Assembly: GCF_964204645.1 (NCBI RefSeq)
Contig: NC_134033.1
Coordinates: 2,934,131 to 2,998,130, forward strand
Reading direction: 5' to 3'
Length of the DNA stretch: 64,000 bases
DNA from: Tubulanus polymorphus
Lineage: Eukaryota; Animalia; Nemertea
Positions within the stretch are counted from its first letter, which is position 1. The number at the start of each line of letters is the position of its first letter. Position numbers and translations under genes: made by a program. The notes under the pieces were generated by a model, which did not search any database, had not been told where the DNA came from, and saw only the letters and a list, made by a program, of their open reading frames with translations. Positions 1 through 12,633 of this stretch are shown piece after piece.

Positions 1-1206
1 TCTATATCGGTTCTCGGTGAAAATGTATTTAAAGGTTTATCCGCATTACAGTCGTTAAATATCAGCAGTAACAGAATACATTATATTTCCAGCTATGTTT
101 TTTACGGATTGGTTGGACTTGAAATTCTAGATCTCGTCAACAATTCCGAAGTAATATCCGTACAAAGAAACGTTCTGGGCGATCTTACATCATTGAAATA
201 CCTCGCTTCGGATGCTTACAAATTTTGCTGCATGGCACCGAATGTTGACCGATGTCTTCCCGAAGCTGATCAATTTTCCACCTGTTCTGACCTGATGGGT
301 AACACTGTACTGAGGGCCATCATCTGGATGATCGCATCTTTCAGTTTTCTCGCTAACAGTATCGTTATTGTATTTCGCATTCAAGCTTTGCGGATGGAAT
401 CCACCGGAACACGTAACACATCTTCAGATATCCTCATCATAAACATTGCCGGTTGTGATTTTCTGATGTCGGTCTATTTGTTTTTGATCGCAGGAGCTGA
501 CCACGCATTCAAAGGCGTTTATTATCTGAATTCTGAAACCTGGACGGATAGCTCATTATGTCGTCTCGCCGGGGTTATTGTCACCGTGTCGTGCGAAGGT
601 TCCTTAACTTTCCTCTTAATTCTAACGCGTCAGAGATATTCGAATATCGTCAACCCGTTTTCCAGAAGTCCGATTATAACTCCGAAATACGTTACCGGTA
701 TTTGTTGCATCTGTTGGCTCGTTATAAGCACAGTTTCTATTCTACCGCTGTCATCGTCGTCTTACTTCGGAGACAATTTTTACGGTACAACCGGAGTTTG
801 TTTGCCTATGAATTTACTGACGATCGACGTCAATGGCTGGCACTATTCATTCGCTATTTTTGCCGTGTTTAATCCGGCCATATTGGCTACGATAATGACG
901 ACGTACGCTCAGATGTATAGACTCGTATCTGGGAGTAGGTCGGGTTCGGGTAGAGCCGATCCTACCGAACTGGTTTTAGCACGAAGGAGTTTAGTAATCA
1001 ATCTTTGTAATCTATTTTGCTGGCTACCGATAATAATCGTCCAGTTTTGCGCCGTATTTTCGGTCGAGATACCGAACCAGGTGGCCGCTTGGCTGGCCGT
1101 TCTATTTTTACCGATCAACTCGTCTCTGAATCCGCTTCTTTATACAATACTGACGATCGATATGAAATCAATTAGAACGAGATATAAACGTCAACAAAAG
1201 AAGTAG
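1..1206 (+). CDS. GRL101-like LRR-GPCR, copy A (3' part only: last LRRs, hinge, 7TM; 5' end outside window)
   Basis: Frame is open from base 1 (SISVLGENVFKG...) to TAG at 1204-1206. LRR, hinge SDAYKFCC...DQFSTCSDLM, CWLP (TM6), NSSLNPLLY (TM7). Near-identical to the 3' end of the complete copies. Confidence 0.93.
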   Translation, partial: SISVLGENVFKGLSALQSLNISSNRIHYISSYVFYGLVGLEILDLVNNSEVISVQRNVLGDLTSLKYLASDAYKFCCMAPNVDRCLPEADQFSTCSDLMGNTVLRAIIWMIASFSFLANSIVIVFRIQALRMESTGTRNTSSDILIINIAGCDFLMSVYLFLIAGADHAFKGVYYLNSETWTDSSLCRLAGVIVTVSCEGSLTFLLILTRQRYSNIVNPFSRSPIITPKYVTGICCICWLVISTVSILPLSSSSYFGDNFYGTTGVCLPMNLLTIDVNGWHYSFAIFAVFNPAILATIMTTYAQMYRLVSGSRSGSGRADPTELVLARRSLVINLCNLFCWLPIIIVQFCAVFSVEIPNQVAAWLAVLFLPINSSLNPLLYTILTIDMKSIRTRYKRQQKK

Positions 1207-2199
1207 ATTAAGAACACTTCAATAGCAATAAAGGAGCTTTTAAACGAATCGTTTTAGCGTTCATGGTCGCGCACCAAACTCTAGTAATGAATCTAAAGAA
1301 CAAAGAACAGATATTAACGATGACCTTTGGGCCCGTGGTCCATTCAGTTTTTATATCACTACTTTATCTACACAATTCATATAAATTAATGTTTTTTTCG
1401 TAGCTATTAAATTCATTGTAGATTGTTTGTTGAATGCAATAGTATTTACTTCAGGATGTGGATTTAAGGGGCTCGGTGAGCCCTTTACTGTCCAGTGTAA
1501 TTGAAATAGACGATTACATAGATGACGACGTATTAATCTATGAATGTATTCACTGATGTAGTGTGAGCGTGTGTGTAAGAGTGATTGGTTTGATTTTTCT
1601 TTTAGGGCAGCACGGCTCCGATAGATCTTTGTGATCTCTTCGTGTAGCCCACATTTTCTTGTTACATTTTGTCACTGTATATCATGCGATATCAATAATG
1701 TAATAATGCAACGACCTAATGAAAAATAAACACTATACTACTTTACTAAATGTGCCACCGGATGAAAGTATTTTTCAGCCACCACCGAATCGTATGGTGA
1801 CCGATTCGGGTTAACGAAATTGCCAAGTAAAATAGAGTGCAATATACCTCATGCAAAATATCATAAGCATTGAATATCATGATTGAAATATGCAATTAGA
1901 ATTTTCAATAGAATACGAAGTCAAGTTTACCGCTAAAAAGACTATATATATTCACTATTTTATCTACTTGCTCTTTCCTGGCATGATTAAATCCTTGAAA
2001 AAATCCTTGAAAATCAAATGTTTTATTTCAAGGTCATATTATCAAAGTATCAAAAACTGGTATGCACTTGGGTAATATGATCGCTACCGATGAGACAGAC
2101 TCTCAACGGATATACCACGCAATGATGTGATTTAAACAGAATAATAGTAGATTTATTTCTCTCACAATTTAATCATGTTTTATCAGATTTAATTCCGAA

Positions 2200-2716
2200 A
2201 GTTGACTATTTTCGAGTATATTGGGGCGTTGCTCGCCACAGTTACATTTTCGGTAATCGGGTGATGATTCGAAGCGTTCAGATTCAACAGGTTTAAGGTT
2301 TATGATTATTTGTCCTAGTTTAATTCCGGTCACGATACAGTTGGATTGACAGATACTTTAGTTCATCACGCGTAATCAGTTATCAGAATAGAACACCAAC
2401 TCTCCATCTATCCACTAATTCTGGACGATGAACAATTTGAAATTTGTTTTTTAATGGCTCACAGAATTGAGTCAAAACGTCTCTTGGTTTTTCTTCTAAC
2501 TGTGGGTTTATCAACTAACAGTATGAAGAGTTGGCCTATAGATAATGCTTTGGTACGATCCTCAGGAAATGACGGAAATCGTTTTTCCATATCAACCACT
2601 TTTGAGGGTAGGTGCCGAATGGATGCTCCATCTTTTAGTTTTATGTAGGACCCAGTTTCATTAACTGAATATTTTGGTTTAATCGCTTTCAATGCGGAAA
2701 AAAAATTCAAACTCAA
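2200..2716 (-). mobile_element. Possible decayed LINE ORF2 fragment (also at ~13620-14080, ~48315-48760, and partly 27139-27400, 52170-52500)
   Basis: Minus-strand LKAIKPKYS...KLKDGASI...FPEDRTKA...RRFDSIL loosely follows the pre-RT LK..KS.GPD...LKD....FP..WK.A...YRPISIL pattern. Weak. Confidence 0.4.
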
Positions 2717-3089
2717 CCGCGATTTAAAGTTAGAACTTTTTCATACATCTCTTGCCGTTTTCGTATAAGCAACTGAATTCCTTTAGGTAAGCGAAGTTGT
2801 TATTCAGCCATATGAACTGTTCAAACCCGTCAGTTTTACGGTACCGAGTATCCATTGTATTAAGTACGCTTAATGCGGGTATCAGTTTGTATCCATGGAA
2901 CCACATCGCTTCAAGCGATCACTATTGAAAGGCTGCTGATTGAATGTATCTTATGTCTGGTGTAGTTCATTTTTTCCGGGGTGACCTCTGGTTCAAAAAT
3001 ATATTAGATTTTTAATTTTAGAAATATAACAGATTCAAAGTTCTAAATTCTAACATTCATTTGTTCATAGATTTGATCATAGCAAAAAG

Positions 3090-3243
3090 CCCCTGCCCCT
3101 GCCTCTGCGCCTGCCCCTGCGCCTGCGCCTGCCCCTGCCCCTGCCCCTGCCCCTGCCCCTGCCCCTGCCCCTGCCCCTGCCCCTGCCGCTGCCCCTGCCC
3201 CTGTCCCTGTCCCTGCCTCTACCTCTGCCTCGGCCTCTGCCCC
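3090..3243. repeat. (CCCCTG/CCTCTG)n hexamer microsatellite
   Basis: Direct reading; homologous tracts of different length at 24184-24246 and 49133-49275. Confidence 0.95.
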
Positions 3244-3725
3244 CTCTCCCTTTCCCTCTCCAATAATAAATATGACAGCTAGTGATAAACATCACGGTTA
3301 GATACATCGTTTCATAGCGATGTATAAATATTACAAGAATATTCGTCTCGCATCCAAATATGTGTAAAATCTAATGGTTTTAGTCTCAGACAATAGAGCG
3401 GGTTACAACTAATACATGTAGTTTGTAAGATCTAATATGCAAAGTCAAGTTGTTTATATACCGATAAAACGTAAGACTCTTCGTAACTCTTGGAAATAAA
3501 CACTTCGAACACAATAATTAGAATCATTACATCCAAAGATGCCAGTCTAATTTCTATGGTTTAATTTGAATTCAAACACAAAACACTGGTCACATTTGAT
3601 TCGAGTTCAGATTGAGCCTACCGTATTTCAGTTTGCTATAACGAGGGTCCATCTGTTTAAAACTAATATCAAACCAAACCTAACCTCAGTTTCCTAAAGA
3701 GATACAATTTAAAATCTCTACTCAC

Positions 3726-4394
3726 CGATTTATGTGAGCGGTTTTTCGATTATCATTCAGCTCACAGGAGTTCTCTATCAGACCAGGTTGTTTTAGTCAG
3801 CACACACTTGATGCAATCAGGTCCTGATGAAGTGAGGAAGGTCTGGAATCTGGAAACTGTATTTGTCGGTTTAGTCAACACGCATTGGCGGCAATCAGAT
3901 CCTGCACAGGACGGTCGTCTCTGAAAAAGCAACCAAAGTTTAATTAGACTCGAATCAGCTTGAATCCGACCTAAGTTAAGTTTTACATTTAGATTTGAAG
4001 TTAAATTGTCTGCTCACCAATTCATGTGTGGAACTGCATGGATTATTTCGATCAGTTATCGTTTCCTTGGGAGATGTGACACTCAAGCTTACAGCACTAA
4101 TATCTGTCCGGCCTTGTTGTTTTAGTCAGCAAAAATTGACAGCAATCAGATCATGAGAGAAGTAGAGCTTATCTGAAAAACAGATCTTTGATCTCAATGA
4201 TAATTTTTAATTTGCCTCGATACATGCACATTGTAATCTGTTATAGCCAGTATTAAAAACCTACAAATCTACTCACCACCAATTTCTGTGTGGAGCATCA
4301 TGGATTATCTCAAAAATGTCTGGAGTTCACAGCGTCGGTTTAGTCAGCCTTGTGGTATTGGCAGCAATCAGGTCCTGAGTGAGGAATGGCTGAT
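3726..4394 (-). ncRNA. Candidate spliced non-coding (or decayed) minus-strand unit, exon-like blocks 4394-4277, 4172-4018, 3920-3726
   Basis: Each block is bounded by TTTTTCAG| and |GTGAG(T/C) on the minus strand, with 104- and 97-nt introns, and blocks share an internal motif. No expression evidence. Confidence 0.45.
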
Positions 4395-5313
4395 CTGAAA
4401 AACAACAATTTCATATTTCAGTTCTGACTGGAAGAATCAATGTTTAAGTTTAGGTTGGATGCCCGAGTGAGATCCCAGAGGCAGGGAGTCAACTAGACTA
4501 ATTTATACACGAGATGTGAACTGTCGAAAGCATCCCTCGGCAACTTCCCAAATAAGTCTTTAAATAAGTGGAAAAAAACTTATAGATCTCCCTTTTCACT
4601 AACCAAACCTCACGTAAGGACTGGACATATATGCGCGTGTATAGTGAGTTCAACGTGTTTTAAGAATTAATCCTATGAACTGGTTCAATTCAAATCGAAA
4701 CGTATTCATTGATTTCAAAGACCGAGGACAATAACAGGACACAATATGAACTGAGTTTGTCATAATGCGGTTCAATGGACACGAGAACCACTGGCTAGAT
4801 AATACCGGACTGACCCTGTTAATATTTTATCTTCAGAAACCTAATTAATATATGAAGTAGATATAATGTCAGATATTCTCTAACAGTCCTCATTAAAATG
4901 ATAGTTCTATGCAGTAATTTAAATCCTTTCAAAATCGAATTGAAAGAAAAATCAGTTTGCAACACAATTTATCAATCACATTTCCATTATCTATGACGCA
5001 AATTGTCACTGGAATCTTAGAACTATTTGTAGTTGATTATTAGATAAGATGAATTAAGATGATATCACCATAGGAAATATGCAAAATATGCAATAAATTC
5101 AATTAATCAAATCTTCATTGTCCGTAATATAAATTGTCTATAACTTGAATTGTCACTGAAATTAAACACGAATCTTATCATAAACAAATAAAATTAAGAC
5201 GATACCATCATAGTAAATATGCAATAAATTCAATTAATCAAATGTCCATTGTCTGAAACTCGATTTTCTTAGTACTATCGCAGCAGCAGCTAGCGTATAT
5301 ATCTAAATATCGT

Positions 5314-5675
<362 letters not shown>

Positions 5676-5766
5676 CAGTTATTTTCATTCATTGATTCAA
5701 ATCATCAAGAGTGATGAATAGAGGCTGCTTTAACATATCACTCAATTCTAAATATCGTATATATCT

Positions 5767-5892
5767 AAATATCGTCAACCCGTTTTCTAAAAGTCCGATG
5801 ATAACACCGAAATACGTTATCGGTATTTGCTGCATTTATTGGCTCGTTATAAGCACAGTTTCTATTCTACCGCTGTCATCGTCGTCTTACTT
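5767..5892 (+). pseudogene. Orphan fragment of the receptor's own ICL2-TM4 coding sequence upstream of copy B
   Basis: Matches 12069-12194 (NIVNPF...LPLSSSSY) with few substitutions. Confidence 0.9.
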
Positions 5893-6418
5893 GGTTGGTG
5901 TTGGTTCTCCGTGTCAGCACCGAACAAGTCCTTACTCACCACAATCAGATATCCACGCGCTTCACGTAGCTTTAACTCAGTTATTATATTGACTGTAGAG
6001 TGTGAATTGTCAAAACAGATATTGACGAAGTGTTTTACAGAGACGCAGAATATTTTGAGGTAAAGATAGAAAATGTCATCGAATATTATCACAAACTGAA
6101 CGCAGTTCGGGAGCGACTGTAAAATTTTATAGAGAAATAATTGCACACGATTATAAACACGATATATTAAAACACGTCTAAATTTAGAAACCGCGGTAAT
6201 TACAGCGAAACCGAGAACAGATGAAAGTTTTACAAATACGAGACTGGCGCCAGTTTGATGGGCGGATTTTTTTACAAAATAATTGGACTCTGGATCAATT
6301 CGTCAACTTCTGCCATTTGCGAATTCGTCATTACTTTGCAGCGACTCTTATGAGAAATGTCGTTCAAACTTGGAAATAGTGAGAAACGGTTTGTTTTGAA
6401 GCGTGAATTGTGTTCAAT

Positions 6419-9400
6419 ATGCAGCGAATGAAAGCGTTGTTCGTAGTTTTACTGATCGCTTGCGAAGACTGTATATTTACGCGGGCTGATCGCGCAAACT
6501 CTGTCCAGGAAGCCGCGTCTGTTACAGTCAGTTCATCTTGTAACAACACTCAATACTCCGTCGATTCTACGTCTGGTTACATCGTTTCACCGAACTATCC
6601 GTCGTTAGTGCGCGGTGTCGAATGTCGTTGGTTCGTCAACAGCTCTTTACCGGGAAGTTTTCTCGTTCAAGTTTACTACGACATCGAGCCGTCGATATTC
6701 TGTAACGAAAACTATCTTGTCGTCGGTGAGTCCGACAACAAACTCTGCGCTACCGGAAGAAAACAACTAGATATCCGCAGTAACGGGTTGATTTCGTTGT
6801 TGTTTAGGAGTAACGTCGATGGAGCGCGAGGTAGTCGGGTTTATATCATATATCGTTTTGAAGAACAGAGTCGCTTGAAAATCTTACATACATGTCACAA
6901 GCATGCAGTAAAAGAATTACCAACTCAAACAGGTTATGAATTTACGATTTCTGTCTGGCGATGTAAATTGTTGTTAGAATGGATCGGGATGCCAGACGGG
7001 TTTGCAATGAATTTAACGTTTATACAGATAGATTTCAGATTATATCCAGGTGAGGATCCGATGAAAACTCGTCCTCAAATTTACGACGGATGGAACAGCA
7101 CCAGTGAACCTATAGCTCTTATACGAGAACAAACCGGACATCCACCTTCATCGTTTTATACTAAAACTAATAAAGCACGTATTGAATTCATTTCAACTAG
7201 ATCTTGGTTTAAGTCGCAGTTACTCGTGCAAGTTTACAAAATATCAGATTGGAACATCTATAACCCGTTAATTCAAGTCTATAATAAATCAGGACTGCTC
7301 ACTACAATTGATGGAATACCACATATAGTAACTCAGTCTAAACACTTATACTGCTGGTCTATCACAGTCGATGTTCTGCAGTACGTCGTCTTCAACTGGA
7401 CACGTGATCTCGTCTCGTCACCAGGTGTCGTTGGTGTATATAAACAGGAAGGGTTACGTATTGTGAGAACTGATATTTTACTCAGTTTTAACTATCTAAA
7501 ATCTCTGAGTGTAAAATCAGACGGATTTCTCGTGATTCTGTGCGTTTTAACGACATCAGATTTTTTAAGATCGAATTTGAAATTAGAATTTGAAGTGAAA
7601 TCGATGACAATATCAGACGTCTACGTCAACAAGCCACGGATATTGGTAAGTTTATTACAGTGATTTGTAAATTAGGTTCGTGTAATAGAATCATTGTAAT
7701 TATCTATGATTTTGATGGCGATTTTGACCAGTGAAACTTTACCGAGAAACTTGGAATAACAACGTTATGTGTGACCCAAATTTCAATATATTCGGACGCA
7801 CATGTTTTGTACCCAGACTAATTATGATGATTTGTGGAAGTTAGGTTTTGATTGCAACATTTTGAACTTTTATCAATATATCGAGGTCGTACAGAGTTTT
7901 AAATTGTTGTATTGTAAACGTTCAATACTGTAATCAATTCTCTTATATTTCAGAATTCTAACACAAAATCAATATCAGCTTATCGATTGTTCCCGAGATC
8001 AAAGAATACATTGTATCGTGTAACTACATTACAACTAAACTGGAAAGTGAACATCTATGAAGAACAGTTAGAACTAACAGTGCTATCAGAAAACTGTGAT
8101 CGAGCTGGTTTTTATATATTTGATGGTAGTAATTTCACAGCTAGACGCTATGGTCCGTATTGTCCTGGTTCATTCTACGGTCGATCTGTCGTCAGTCTGA
8201 TTACATCAGGTGGACCGGTTACTGTAGTAGCATACGCTTATTACTATAACAATCAGTTAACAGTTGGTAGCTCATCTCTTCAATTTGTTCCTACTGATTG
8301 TGACAGGTATGTTCTACAGGAAGAACAACGTCAGATCAATATGACGTCACACTGTCTCGTGATTACACCTGAAAATCGACGCTTTCGCTTGAAAAAAATT
8401 CACACATTATCAGAACACGAATATCAAATTGACCGATGTTTTCTCAAGATGTCATTGCCATGTGATCAGTTTTTGAGTTTGAGTAATCAGTTTCTTAATA
8501 ACAGTCTCGTATTAAACACTGTAGATTTCACAGATAATGGGTTTGGATTCTGGCGGCGACCACTAATAGTTAAACTACGTCGTAAATGTCTAGGAGTTAA
8601 AAAAGCGGATAGTTTGGGACTTGCCGGTTCCCGTCTCCCAGTTACTACTAAAGATAAATGTGGACTCGTGCAGTCACCGAACTATCCAGGTCGGGCAGGA
8701 CGTACATCAAAATCTATTTCATATAGATTTGAAAACCCGATACAACAAAATATATTTCAATATTACAGATTTATTGTCAAATCTATTGGACCAGTTTCAT
8801 GTGAAAAATACAACAATAAAGCGAATGATCCGATTATTCTAATACAACTAATGAATTATAAACCTTTTCATAATGGTGAATATTTCAAAACTATTGACTC
8901 TCAATATGATACTAAAATATGTGATAACAACGCGGTTCGTGGACTTATATTTTATAGTTTAACAGATAATACTTTGCGTTTTGAAGTAAACAATTTCATT
9001 CCGACATTTCAAATACAATACACTTTACACGAGTCGTTACCGATTAAACATTTCGATGATTTCTACTGTAAACAAGGATTTCTGGATTCCGGAATTTCCT
9101 GCATCAGATTCATCAGAGATGAACGTCTGAATTGGGAGAACGCTGAAATATACTGTAGACAGAAGTACGCGGGACATCTACTCAGTATCAACTCAGAACA
9201 GGAAATGATTTCAATCAAAAGATTATTCGCTACAGAACTTCTCCGAATGGCTTATACATTAAAAGCGCTCATAATGATGATTGGATTAAAATGGAAGGTA
9301 AGACTAATGTATTCTAATATGAATTAAAATCGAAAGATTTTTAAAGAAGTGATATATTTCATTTTCTTCACGAAACAGAATGATGGTTATTACACGTGGA

Positions 9401-12400
9401 CTGACGGTAAACCATTGAGCTACACAGAGTGGTATAAACCTGTTATTAATGAAACGATACCAGAAGTTATTCGAGGATTGATATCTCCGCTAAGAAAACA
9501 ACCGATAAATGACGTCAATATGCCGTGTACGGTGATGATACTGAATAATCCACGAGGATCGGCGAACTGGGTTCGATTCCCGTGTCAAATCGAGGAGACG
9601 CACACGACATTCATTTGTGAATCCAAGAGAATCAACATCAAAAACGAACACAATTCAACGATTAACGACGCGAACAATTCAACAAATACAGACTTAAATA
9701 AAACCATAGATCAAATTATTCCCGATATTACTTTGATTAATTCAACCTGTCCAAGAGGTTGGGTAACTATTTCCGGACGATTTTATCAAATACTAACCGA
9801 CTGGAAAAGTAATCGAGGTTTGAATATTCGGAGTGCTAGAGAAATGTGTCACAGTTTCCGCGCCGAAATAGTAAAAATCACCTCAAATACAGAAAGTGAC
9901 GTGAAAAACTTGGTCAGCGAATTTCAATATCGACATCAATATGGCGCTATACTGACAATGGACCGCGACGGATTTAAAGTTATCAAACCATTGGTGACCA
10001 GAAATGAAATTACTTATATTCAATCAGTGAAATGGTTATTGAAACCTTTCGATGATACAAAACATAAAGTTCATTCCGTGTTGTGTACCTTTAATGTAAC
10101 TGGTGAAGAGTTAGCTTCTATAAGCGGCTGTAAATCGTGGCAGTTTGAATGTAACGATCAAAGATGTATCAGCGACCATCGCGTATGTGATACCAGACAC
10201 GACTGTCAACACGGTGAAGATGAACTCGATTGTAGGGATATCAATTTACACAGTCAGTTCCGCTGTAACGATGGACAGGTTATATCGATTAGCGGTTTCT
10301 GCGACTTTATGAGAGATTGCGTCGATGGCTCGGATGAGAACTCGTGCTATCATCCACCGTGTTTATCTACGCGATATCGCTGTTCCAATCACCAATGCAT
10401 CGATAGTTATAAACGATGTGACGGACTAGCCAACTGTAAAGACGGTTCCGATGAAATCGGATGCACTGGCGAACTTTGTCAGGGGTTCTCGTGCGCGGAC
10501 GGTGAATGTATTAGTTTTCAGTTGTATCGGGATGGTGTCGTGGATTGTAGCGGAAGTCTCGAAGAAGACGAATTGGTTACTAATATGACAGTGAATCCCG
10601 AGGTTTACTGTAATGATGACAATCAATGTTCGACTCGTTTCACAGATCTGTGTAAGGAATCGGATGAACAAAGATGTTCGTTCAATTCTCCTCGCTGTTA
10701 TTCCCGACACGAAAGGTGTATTTTAGAAAGGATGCCGATTGGTTTCCCGGTATGTCGAAATCTTGAACATATACTCGCGTGTAGTGACTTCGAATGCGCG
10801 GCTGGTACTGTAAAATGTCCGGCATCTTACTGTATACCGATCAGACACGTTTGTGACGGTCGATCCGATTGTCCTAATTCAGAAGATGAACGAAACTGCG
10901 AGACTTGGTCGTGTCCGGGAATGTTTAAATGTGGCCAGGAAAATCGATGTATTCCGCAATCTGAAGTTTGCGACGGAGTCGTAAATTGTAAACATAACTC
11001 GGATGACGAGTCATACTGTAAGGTCACGTGTCCTGAACGTCGTAATTGCCGGGGTCATTTCATCGATTGTGAAAATGCTCTTTTATCAGATATTACCGGC
11101 CGTTTTATAGAATCAACTCGGGTTTTGATTTTGTCGAATAACCGAGTCGTATTTAACGAGTCGACGTTCAACTCTTTCATTTATCTTCGTTTTCTCGATA
11201 TTTCGGGCAATAATTTGTCTTACATCGTTCAAAACGCGTTTTCTAATCTAAACAATCTATACACATTAGACCTTACTCACAACCGCATAACATCATTATC
11301 TGCTAATACATTCGCAGGTTTGATCGGTTTAAAAGAACTATTTCTTATCGGAAATCCGCTGCAACATTTAGAAGACGGTAGTTTCCGAGGTCTGACGTCA
11401 CTTACTGTTCTCGATCTTCACGGACTTTCTATATCGGTTCTCGGTGAAAATGTATTTAAAGGTTTATCCGCATTACAGTCGTTAAATATCAGCAGTAACA
11501 GAATCCATTACATTTCGACATCTGCTTTTTCTGGATTGGTTCGACTTGAAATTCTAGATCTTGTCAAAAATGCCGAAGTGATATTTGTAAAAAGAAACGT
11601 CATTGGCGATCTTACATCATTGAAATACCTCGCTTCGGATGCTTACAAATTTTGCTGCATGACACCGAATGTTGACCGATGTCTTCCCGAAGCTGATCAA
11701 TTTTCGACCTGCTCTGACCTGATGGGTAACGCTGTACTGAGAGCCATCATCTGGATGATCGCATCTTTCAGTTTTCTCGCTAACAGTATCGTTATTGTAT
11801 TTCGCGTTCAAGCTTTGCGGATGGAATCCCCCGGAACACGTAACACATCTTCAGATATCCTCATCATAAATATTGCCGGTTGTGATTTTCTGATGTCGGT
11901 CTATTTGTTTTTGATCGCAGGAGCTGACCACGCGTTCAAAGGCGTTTATTATCTGAATTCTGAAGCCTGGACGGATAGCTCATTATGTCGTCTCGCCGGG
12001 GTTATTGTCACCGTTTCGTGCGAAGGTTCCTTAACTTTTCTCTTAATTCTAACGCGTCAGAGATATTCAAATATCGTCAACCCGTTTTCTAGAAGTCCGA
12101 TTATAACTCCGAAATACGTTATCGGTATTTGCTGTATTTGTTGGCTCGTTATAAGCACAGTTTCTATTCTACCGCTGTCATCGTCGTCTTACTTCGGAGA
12201 CAATTTTTACGGTACAACCGGAGTTTGTTTGCCTATGAATTTACTGACGATCGAAGTCAATGGCTGGCACTATTCATTCGCTATTTTTGCCTTGTTCAAT
12301 GCGGCCATATTGGCTGCGATAATGACGACGTACGCTCAGATGTATAGACTCGTATCTGGAAGTAGGTCGGGTTCGGGTAGAGCCGATCCTACCGAACTGG

Positions 12401-12633
12401 TTTTAGCTCGAAGGAGTTTAGTAATCAATCTTTGTAATTTATTTTGCTGGCTACCGATAATAATCGTTCAGTTTTGCGCCGTATTTTCGGTCGACATACC
12501 GAACCAGGTGGCCGCTTGGCTGGCCGTTCTATTTTTACCGATCAACTCGTCTCTGAATCCGCTTCTTTATACAATACTAACTATCGATATGAAATCAATT
12601 AGAATGAGATATAAACGTCAACAAAAGAAGTAG
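6419..12633 (+). CDS. GRL101-like giant LGR, copy B: SP-CUB/CUB-like-CTLD x2-LDLa x~7-LRR-7TM, ~1941 aa; exons 6419-7645, 7954-9297, 9379-12633
   Basis: Donor TTG|GTAAGT (7646), acceptor TATTTCAG| (7953), donor AAG|GTAAGA (9298), acceptor AAACAG| (9378). Both introns phase 0 and join the three ORFs in frame. Intron 2 splits a C-type lectin domain (MIGLKWK|NDGYYTWTDG). CUB signature GYIVSPNYP..C.W; LDLa C..CD...DC.DGSDE repeats; LRR; NPLLY. Confidence 0.9.

Noticed and set aside
3061-3307. Cys-Pro and Arg-Gly dipeptide ORFs (also 49084-49335)
   Set aside because: Produced by a hexamer microsatellite whose length and frame differ between copies.
3823-3862. CTGATGA...GAAA hammerhead-like spacing (also CTGATGA at ~57833)
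   Set aside because: No pairable helices I and II around the core boxes.
6410-9327. Treating the ~415-aa and ~450-aa ORFs as separate secreted-protein genes
   Set aside because: Conserved phase-0 GT-AG sites join them, exons 2 and 3 lack consistent ATG starts, and intron 2 splits a lectin domain.
10426-11811. Short minus-strand ORFs recurring within each receptor copy
   Set aside because: Antisense shadows of the duplicated coding sequence with no independent protein features.
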